This document shows, piece by piece, positions 19,251 to 25,155 of a stretch of 25,155 bases of DNA. A program made the position numbers and the translations under genes. How positions within the stretch are numbered: the first letter of the stretch is position 1; every line of letters begins with the position of its first letter. Location: positions 1 through 25,155 of the IMG/VR virus record IMGVR_UViG_3300007992_000015; one strand, written 5' to 3'. The notes under the pieces are model-generated. The model searched no databases, was not told where the DNA came from, and saw only the letters and a program-made list of their open reading frames with translations. Source of the stretch: a virus (Duplodnaviria; Caudoviricetes).

Positions 19251-19896
19251 TTTTAGATTCGGATTCAGTTTCCCAAAAATATTCGTCTGTTTTACCCAAA
19301 CGACCCCATTTTGTGCCGTTCTCGACTTGGTAATACTTGGTGGACACTTTAAAATCAGGGATCTTTGGAGTCTCTGGTGTAATTGAGAGATCATAAATTC
19401 GCATTCTATTATTTGGATATAGAGCAAACTGCCCGTTTTCTAGTAAAACACAGTTATGAGACTTGTGTTCATCAGGAACTTCGCTTACGTTAGTGTCAAT
19501 TGAGTCAATATCACAATGAAAATTATCTAAAGTAAACAAATACTCACCATTCATTGTTCCAAAGTTACGAGTTCGTAATTCAATATCCATCGAAGCAATA
19601 AATTGCTTTTGAATTGCTATAATACCATAGTCCATACAATTCCAAAACTGTAGGTTAGGAAGGTCTAGATCTGGTTCAGGAGTCTCTGGGCGATCCAGGA
19701 ACGCACTAATTGGTAACTTATCATACATTGCACCATATTCGGAAAGATAAGTCTCAAAATAAAAGGCACGTCCAGGTATGGACTTTGCTGATACCCAGAC
19801 ACCCTCAACAAATTCGCCAAAACCAGTTTGGTGATCAGTAAGATATTCTTTTCTTACATACACTTTTTTTGCTGGTAAATTGACTACTAGACTCAC
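19246..19896 (-). CDS. Conserved hypothetical phage protein (216 aa), function unknown
   Basis: Globular-looking ORF with VYVRKEYL, SIPGRAFYFETYL, GAMYDKLPISAF, LQFWNCMDY, EHKSHN and ENGQFALYPNNRMR, which I recognise as a recurrent marine phage family. GTG start overlaps the upstream TGA (GTGA). Confidence 0.8.
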   Translation of the reverse strand: MSLVVNLPAKKVYVRKEYLTDHQTGFGEFVEGVWVSAKSIPGRAFYFETYLSEYGAMYDKLPISAFLDRPETPEPDLDLPNLQFWNCMDYGIIAIQKQFIASMDIELRTRNFGTMNGEYLFTLDNFHCDIDSIDTNVSEVPDEHKSHNCVLLENGQFALYPNNRMRIYDLSITPETPKIPDFKVSTKYYQVENGTKWGRLGKTDEYFWETESESKK

Positions 19897-20042
19897 TTTC
19901 CTTGACCTCTGTATGCTTTTTGTTTACCATTACGACTAGTTGCAGAAAGTTTAGTATTTGTACTACGTCCCTGACGAGTCATTTTAGGAAGAGCCTCACT
20001 ATAACCGGTTTTAATCAAACTAGTACCTTTCATTTTAGCCAT
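19893..20042 (-). CDS. Small highly basic protein (49 aa) ending in YRGQGK
   Basis: Hand translation: MAKMKGTSLIKTGYSEALPKMTRQGRSTNTKLSATSRNGKQKAYRGQGK (12 K/R, 1 E). Directly downstream of a sigma70 promoter and coupled to the next gene by a 4-nt overlap. Confidence 0.82.
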   Translation of the reverse strand: MAKMKGTSLIKTGYSEALPKMTRQGRSTNTKLSATSRNGKQKAYRGQGK

Positions 20043-20065
20043 AATTTTTTTATTAAACTATTACA

Positions 20066-20094
20066 ATTATACAGTATTTGACTAAATTAGTCAA
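20066..20094 (-). promoter_or_regulatory. Near-consensus sigma70-type (early/host RNAP) promoter TTGACT-N17-TATAAT
   Basis: Minus strand: -35 TTGACT at 20094-20089, 17-nt spacer, perfect -10 TATAAT at 20071-20066, 23 nt upstream of the ATG at 20042. Confidence 0.82.
20078..20094. repeat. Perfect 8-1-8 inverted repeat TTGACTAA-A-TTAGTCAA (operator-like)
   Basis: Read directly from the sequence; overlaps the -35 box, the spacer and the PAAR stop codon. Confidence 0.85.
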
Positions 20095-20360
20095 GTAAAA
20101 ACGTTTACTGATCCACTGATCCTTACGTGTCCACAACTATCTGGAGCTCCCACATTTGTTACGGGAAACCCTTGTATTACCACATTTGGTTTAAATGAAG
20201 TGGTAACTGCAAAGTGAGTCGGTTTTGAATCATGTGGTGAAACAATATCACCAGCCGTTGAACTGGGACTACCATTAGTAAAACATCTTATAGCTTTTAC
20301 ACCAATTACTGGAGCAAAGTCTGAGTTAATATCACCTAATCTAACTTGAGGTGCTGACAT
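20091..20360 (-). CDS. gp5.4: PAAR-domain spike tip protein (T4 gp5.4-like)
   Basis: 89 aa with three degenerate PAAR turns (PQVRLGD, NGSPSSTAGD, QGFPVTNVG), SPH...TH histidines and a terminal SCGH...GSVNVF. Confidence 0.88.
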   Translation of the reverse strand: MSAPQVRLGDINSDFAPVIGVKAIRCFTNGSPSSTAGDIVSPHDSKPTHFAVTTSFKPNVVIQGFPVTNVGAPDSCGHVRISGSVNVFT

Positions 20361-20361
20361 T

Positions 20362-23300
20362 TTAAGTCCCCTTTAATCTATGAATCCAATGTTGAGATAC
20401 ACTAAATCCCCTCTCATAACTACTTATAACAGAAATTTTTGGTTGATCTACTGCACTAATTAATTTAGATACTTCTGGTGTTGACTCTAAATTAGATGCA
20501 AATACCTGAACTTCACCAGTACCAGTTCCTGTACCAGTTGCTACAAATACATCTCCAAATTTTGGATCTTTAGGACCACCAAGTTTACTCCATTCTGTAT
20601 CACCAACTAAAGTAATTTTATATCTCACACCAGTTTCAATATCAGAAGTCGTACCACCAATTAACTGTTGACTTGTAGTATTGAATAACTCCCTAGACAC
20701 ATTATCAAATGATGTATCAGATTTTGAACTATAGTATACAATTTCTTCACCAGAATATGAAAAATATGGGGCATTATTTCCATTCTCATCAGTTTCAATT
20801 TTTTTAGTATATTTTGGAATTATTAAATATCCATTTGACAAGAATCCAGCAGTTGTTTCAACCTTTATACTAGTTGCAGAAGAAGTAATATCTTTAGTTA
20901 TTTTTGCTCTAACAGGAGTATCTAAATATGGGTTACCAAGATTCTCAAGTGTTTCACCAATATGTTCAGTAAGTTCATTAAGTCTGAACCAAAAAATCTT
21001 ATAGAAATCCATTTGATAACTTACATTTGGTTCCCACAAAACTCTAGGGTATATTACTGCACTTGGTGCATTTACATCATCATCACTGTTTCTATCAATA
21101 TAATCTAAATCTCGTAGTTCTGGTGGTAGAGATGAATTAGTTGATTCATAGTATGCTCCACTACCAAAAGAGTCTGATCTTTCACCAACATATAAGTTAT
21201 CCTTATCATCTTTATCACCAGGAGTTACCCAAGCAGCACTATTAGTACATCCACTTCCAGCAATTGGTGCGACATACCCTGGATCATCAGAAGGAAGACC
21301 ATTACCAGGTGTACCAGGTACTAGATTACTCGGAGGGCCCGTTACAGCACCAGGAGAAGAAATTATATTACTAACATAACCATCACCATCGGTTTGAACA
21401 TCAATATTAATGACTCCAGTAACATCACCAGAACTAACTGTAAATGGGTTTACACCAGTTGTACCATCCCAATTCCAACATGGTTTTGAACGAATTACAA
21501 TTCTGGGTTGGTTAATTGTTGTAGCAGGATCTAAATCTAAATTTGGAAGCATATAACGATCATCAGCAATAATTAAATCTTCGATATAATACTTAACTCT
21601 ATCCATAGATGGGGGGAGAGCTCTAAATGAGTCAACATTATTTCTACTTCCAGAATTATCTTGTCCTTCTACAGCAGGAGGCAGATTAGCAATTTCAGTT
21701 TCTTGTGGTACAGCTTTCATTGAAGTATCTGTTGCTTTTTTAATTCCGTTTAACAAAGAATCTTCATTACTCACAATTAACTTATAATAATCATCAGTCA
21801 TAAAAGAAGATTGAGAGATTGAATTATTAATAATATTAGATAATTTGTCCTTAAGTTGATCTGTTGTAAGATACCCATCATCTTCATTTTTATTTAAATC
21901 ACCCTCTGGACCAAATTTTGCTAGACATGCATCATCAATTTCTTTAATAACGGTATCAATTGATTCATCAATAGTAGATATTTCTATATCTGGTTCATAT
22001 CCTTTAAAATAATCTAAAATAATTTGATCACCACACATATCATCATGAGTAGATGATGCTTTTTTACCACCTAATGCAGATATAACATAAGAATTAATAT
22101 TTCGATATAGAGTAAGAATATTTTGACCAGATCCATATTGAGCTAAAAACATATTAAATGTTTTTCTATCAATTGGAGCAAATGTAAATGAATAATAAAT
22201 TGAACTAATTTTATATGAAACTTTATTCTTTGGACTCCTCATCAAATATTGATTTTCTGACTTGGTTCCATTATCCCAACGTACAGTGCCAAGAACCCAA
22301 TCACCATTATCATCAGAATCTTTTTCTGGAGTACATGTATCATCTGTAGAATAAAAGATAGGAGAATATTCAATTTGTTTTCTATTACTAGAATAATAAA
22401 CTCCTACAACTGCAGATCGATTTACAATTCCTTTACCAGCTCTTACTTTAATTTCAATATTTGAATCAGATGTATATGTTTGATCTGCAGTAAAATCACT
22501 TCCGCCACTAAGTGTTGCATAACATAAAGTATGTACACTTACACGATTTACTGCAGAATCTGCAAATTTTATAGTTTTAACTTTTTGTTTGTTAACATTT
22601 TTTGAAATATAAATGATATTATTATTACTATCAACTGCAGTAATTTTAGTTGCTTCTTTAATACCATCACCAAAAACTTGCATACCGGCAACTAAATCAT
22701 TAGTTGCATTTAAATGTAACCATCCATTTGTATCTTCATAATCATTAACTGTTGCACCTAATGATAAAAATTTACTCTCTGAAATTCTAGAATCAGATTT
22801 ATTTTTATTGGAAGATTCAGATGCAGTTCTTTTGAGTGCTACATCAACAACATAATTAACAATATTTGTAACTGTTGCACCATTTACAGTATCGCCAATT
22901 GATAATAGTTTTGTAGTTGAACCAAAATCTTGGGTCGCTGGTTTACCAAAACTTACCGACCATTGTCGAACAAAACTATTTGTTCCAGTATGATCACTAA
23001 ACCATACTGCAAATTTTGTTCCACTAATTAATTTAATTCTAGAAACTGAAAATTGTGCCTGACTTAAACCAGATGCACTTAAATTTGACTCAACTCTAAG
23101 TTGAATATCATTTTTTGATGCAATATTTACACCACTAATTTCAACTTCATAATGTTTTCTTAGATTAGAATTATCTCCACCACCAAGATCAGCAACAGCT
23201 TTTGGTGTGATAGTTACATTACTATTAGATGAAGTTAAACTATTAGTTGTATTTGCTGGATCATTAAAATTATGAACAATTGTTGATTTATTATTTGTAG

Positions 23301-24513
23301 AGTCTGTTGTTATATTCTCTGGTGAGTAATTAAAAAAGATTGCATTATCATCAGTACCACCATGGTATAATACAGGGTTACCAAGTTTTTCTTTAAGTAT
23401 ATCTTTATCTGTAGCAGGTGAATTGGTTGGTGTTCCGGCAATTGTTAAATTACCTTTAGAATCAAATTTTGCTGATACTGAACCACCAGATGTTCCTGAT
23501 ACACTAATACTTACCTGTGCATTTGCATCCTTACCATCTTTATCATAAAATTCAATCTTAGATCCGCCATTCTTTACTGCAAAACCACCTTGGTTATCAC
23601 TTGTATTCATTATATAATCACCACCGGTTAAAGTTATAGTTTCACTAGAACTTCCCGTTTCACCAGATTGTTTAAACTGTACACCAGATCCACTCCACCC
23701 AACAGTGTTTAATGCAACACCAGCAGTGCTTGGATCATCATCCCAACTAAAATTAAAGGTAATTGTCGCGTTTACATTACTTGGTGGTCCATCAGCATCA
23801 CCACCGATCTCTCCAGATTCAGCATCAAAATTTAATTTACGATATGTCCAATCATCTTGCACCCAATAAATTTCACTATCAGTTTTATCTAATGTAAATC
23901 CACCATTAAATGTAGTCGTTATAGGATGAACAATATATGTGGTAGAAGTTCCTGATGGATCACATGCACATACTTTTGTTTCCTGAATAAATCCACCAAC
24001 ATTTCTTGGTTTTAATGTATGTGTTGTAGACCAATTATACACATGTTGAAAATATTCTTCGTCGTATGTAATAAATGGTCTTATCTGTTTCTCATATCTT
24101 GGAATTCTTGTTTTACTCTTTGTTTCTCTAGTGGTATCTTGATCATAGAAATATTCGCTGCTCAGAATATTATCTAAAATATTATTTGTATCCCCATCCA
24201 CATAATCACCTACATCATTGATATAATTAAAACGCATATGCAGAGGTTCACGTTCATGAAACGTTGCATTCTTTATCTCTGCACCATATGAATCCGTACC
24301 AGAAAAAGAGCTCTGAGTACCATTGCCAACCTCAAAGTGGTTGTATCGAATGATATTGGATAATGTACCAACAACCGGTGGTAGCGCTGCCGATTCTGGT
24401 GGATCCCCTGAAGCACAACTTACGCCTTCTGGACTAGTATATTCTAATGTGCGATTCTTAAAAGACTCTGTAGGTCTTCTATTACCAGTTTTTGATCTAT
24501 CTTTCTTCGCCAT
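20362..24513 (-). CDS. Large putative virion structural / tail-associated protein (1383 aa)
   Basis: S/T/G/N/D-rich beta-type composition. Internal module ITFNFSWDDDPSTAGVAL...IEFYDKDGKDANAQ. C-terminal module ITKDITSSATSIKVETTAGF..NGYLII...EEIVYY is shared with gp7. Ends 1 nt before the PAAR start. Confidence 0.7.
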   Translation of the reverse strand: MAKKDRSKTGNRRPTESFKNRTLEYTSPEGVSCASGDPPESAALPPVVGTLSNIIRYNHFEVGNGTQSSFSGTDSYGAEIKNATFHEREPLHMRFNYINDVGDYVDGDTNNILDNILSSEYFYDQDTTRETKSKTRIPRYEKQIRPFITYDEEYFQHVYNWSTTHTLKPRNVGGFIQETKVCACDPSGTSTTYIVHPITTTFNGGFTLDKTDSEIYWVQDDWTYRKLNFDAESGEIGGDADGPPSNVNATITFNFSWDDDPSTAGVALNTVGWSGSGVQFKQSGETGSSSETITLTGGDYIMNTSDNQGGFAVKNGGSKIEFYDKDGKDANAQVSISVSGTSGGSVSAKFDSKGNLTIAGTPTNSPATDKDILKEKLGNPVLYHGGTDDNAIFFNYSPENITTDSTNNKSTIVHNFNDPANTTNSLTSSNSNVTITPKAVADLGGGDNSNLRKHYEVEISGVNIASKNDIQLRVESNLSASGLSQAQFSVSRIKLISGTKFAVWFSDHTGTNSFVRQWSVSFGKPATQDFGSTTKLLSIGDTVNGATVTNIVNYVVDVALKRTASESSNKNKSDSRISESKFLSLGATVNDYEDTNGWLHLNATNDLVAGMQVFGDGIKEATKITAVDSNNNIIYISKNVNKQKVKTIKFADSAVNRVSVHTLCYATLSGGSDFTADQTYTSDSNIEIKVRAGKGIVNRSAVVGVYYSSNRKQIEYSPIFYSTDDTCTPEKDSDDNGDWVLGTVRWDNGTKSENQYLMRSPKNKVSYKISSIYYSFTFAPIDRKTFNMFLAQYGSGQNILTLYRNINSYVISALGGKKASSTHDDMCGDQIILDYFKGYEPDIEISTIDESIDTVIKEIDDACLAKFGPEGDLNKNEDDGYLTTDQLKDKLSNIINNSISQSSFMTDDYYKLIVSNEDSLLNGIKKATDTSMKAVPQETEIANLPPAVEGQDNSGSRNNVDSFRALPPSMDRVKYYIEDLIIADDRYMLPNLDLDPATTINQPRIVIRSKPCWNWDGTTGVNPFTVSSGDVTGVINIDVQTDGDGYVSNIISSPGAVTGPPSNLVPGTPGNGLPSDDPGYVAPIAGSGCTNSAAWVTPGDKDDKDNLYVGERSDSFGSGAYYESTNSSLPPELRDLDYIDRNSDDDVNAPSAVIYPRVLWEPNVSYQMDFYKIFWFRLNELTEHIGETLENLGNPYLDTPVRAKITKDITSSATSIKVETTAGFLSNGYLIIPKYTKKIETDENGNNAPYFSYSGEEIVYYSSKSDTSFDNVSRELFNTTSQQLIGGTTSDIETGVRYKITLVGDTEWSKLGGPKDPKFGDVFVATGTGTGTGEVQVFASNLESTPEVSKLISAVDQPKISVISSYERGFSVSQHWIHRLKGT

Positions 24514-24534
24514 AACTTACAGAAATTCGCGTGC

Positions 24535-24714
24535 TTAATCACCTACCTTATGTAGGCGCAGGCCCGGAAGTCCATTGTAGTCATGATACTCCCACTCTAA
24601 TATATCCCCCTCTTCCCATTGAAGTTCATCAACAAGTGATGGGGGAATTGTTACGAGATATTCATCAGTATCTGAGTTATACTGAACTTCAGTACTAAAT
24701 TCATTGATATTCAT
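24535..24714 (-). CDS. AbrB/MazE/SpoVT-family DNA-binding domain protein (59 aa)
   Basis: Hand translation: MNINEFSTEVQYNSDTDEYLVTIPPSLVDELQWEEGDILEWEYHDYNGLPGLRLHKVGD. VTIP..L...L.W.EGD.LEW is the swapped-hairpin AbrB signature. Confidence 0.82.
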   Translation of the reverse strand: MNINEFSTEVQYNSDTDEYLVTIPPSLVDELQWEEGDILEWEYHDYNGLPGLRLHKVGD

Positions 24715-24738
24715 TTGATTAGTATTACAATTCTTCAG

Positions 24739-24746
24739 TATATATC
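24739..24746 (-). promoter_or_regulatory. Possible late promoter variant (GATATATA)
   Basis: One mismatch to NATAAATA, ~25 nt upstream of the AbrB-like ATG, in a 36-nt intergenic gap. Confidence 0.45.
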
Positions 24747-24750
24747 AGAG

Positions 24751-24960
24751 TTATTCCCAATCTTGCAATACTGGGTGATATTTCAGATATTCCCAAAATG
24801 TCATCTTGAGTTCTCTCTGTGTCATCCCACAATGTCTTGCAGCTTCTGGGAGGTTCATTGATGCATGATACAACCCTTCGTGTGCTTCCCTGACATTCTC
24901 CGGAGTTGTCTTCTTGGGAACTTCTGAGAGTTCCCTTTTATTTACTTGAAGTAGATTCAT
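24751..24960 (-). CDS. Small HTH-like protein (69 aa), resembles UPF0175 predicted-antitoxin HTH
   Basis: ATG at 24960 preferred over the track's TTG at 24981. GLYHASMNLPEAARHCGMTQRELKMTFWEYL resembles the UPF0175 pattern LY..G.hSh.+AA.h.GhS..EF...L. Confidence 0.65.
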   Translation of the reverse strand: MNLLQVNKRELSEVPKKTTPENVREAHEGLYHASMNLPEAARHCGMTQRELKMTFWEYLKYHPVLQDWE

Positions 24961-25017
24961 AAGAGAATTTTTGGCTGGCAAAATTTTTTTTATATAGAGT
25001 GTTATTGAGTGGTCGAA

Positions 25018-25091
25018 TCTGGTCCGTTATAGATTAGGGTAGTGCGGCGTTTTCGCTCACGGACGGGGGACCAGAGGCCAGGCCCTCCCGT
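25018..25091. other. GC-rich structured intergenic element (overlapping inverted repeats)
   Basis: ACGGGGGACC (25063-25072) pairs with GGCCCTCCCGT (25081-25091); TCTGGTCC (25018-25025) is the exact reverse complement of GGACCAGA (25068-25075); GTCCGT (25022-25027) pairs with ACGGAC (25059-25064). Confidence 0.55.
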
Positions 25092-25104
25092 TTCCTCTCT
25101 TGAC

Positions 25105-25155
25105 TCAGCCGGATGTCTTGAAGTAAGATGAGGCGTTGCCGGCGACGACTGAACG
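25105..25155 (-). CDS. Probable 3' end of an upstream ORF (partial)
   Basis: Open frame ...RSVVAGNASSYFKTSG* ending at TGA 25107-25105, same strand as all other genes; only 17 codons are visible. Confidence 0.4.
   Translation of the reverse strand, partial: RSVVAGNASSYFKTSG

Noticed and set aside
19242-19427. 61-aa minus-strand ORF
   Set aside because: Alternate frame overlapping the well-formed 216-aa gene.
18572-20360. Bacterial T6SS or eCIS locus suggested by PAAR + gp25
   Set aside because: The gp6/gp7/gp8/DUF4815 order and T4-type late promoters indicate a myovirus baseplate module; no Tss or Afp genes are visible.
24323-24538. 71-aa plus-strand ORF
   Set aside because: Antisense to the start of the 1383-aa gene; no independent support.
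24961-24981. TTG start for the HTH-like gene as given in the track
   Set aside because: An in-frame ATG at 24960 is more plausible; the extra 7 codons fall in the AT-rich leader.
25018-25104. tRNA or standard Rho-independent terminator
   Set aside because: No cloverleaf or T-loop GTTC motif, and no U-tract follows the hairpin on the coding strand; kept only as an unexplained structured element.

Overview
AT-rich (roughly 30% GC by eye), densely coding window from a T4-like marine myovirus, most likely a cyanomyophage-type genome. Every credible gene is on the minus strand. Read in transcription order (right to left): the 3' end of a GC-richer ORF; a GC-rich, structured intergenic element; two tiny antitoxin-fold DNA-binding genes (UPF0175-like HTH and AbrB/MazE-like); a 1383-aa putative virion protein; a PAAR (gp5.4-like) spike tip; a near-consensus sigma70 promoter with an embedded perfect palindrome ahead of three small or unknown genes; then the baseplate module gp25 - gp6 - giant gp7-like (3784 aa) - gp8 - DUF4815/VrlC-like (truncated by the window edge). 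T4-type late promoter motifs (NATAAATA) sit on or next to the stop codons of upstream genes. Four complete or long ORFs missing from the supplied track were translated by hand (1..3487, 19068..19217, 19893..20042, 24535..24714). The baseplate order is ordinary for this phage group. The most unusual items are the operator-like palindrome in the sigma70 promoter, the orphan antitoxin-like pair, the alternative-structure leader at ~25.0-25.1 kb, the acidic/Pro-rich tail on gp6 and the ~15-unit repeat array in gp7. Family assignments come from motif recognition, not database searches.
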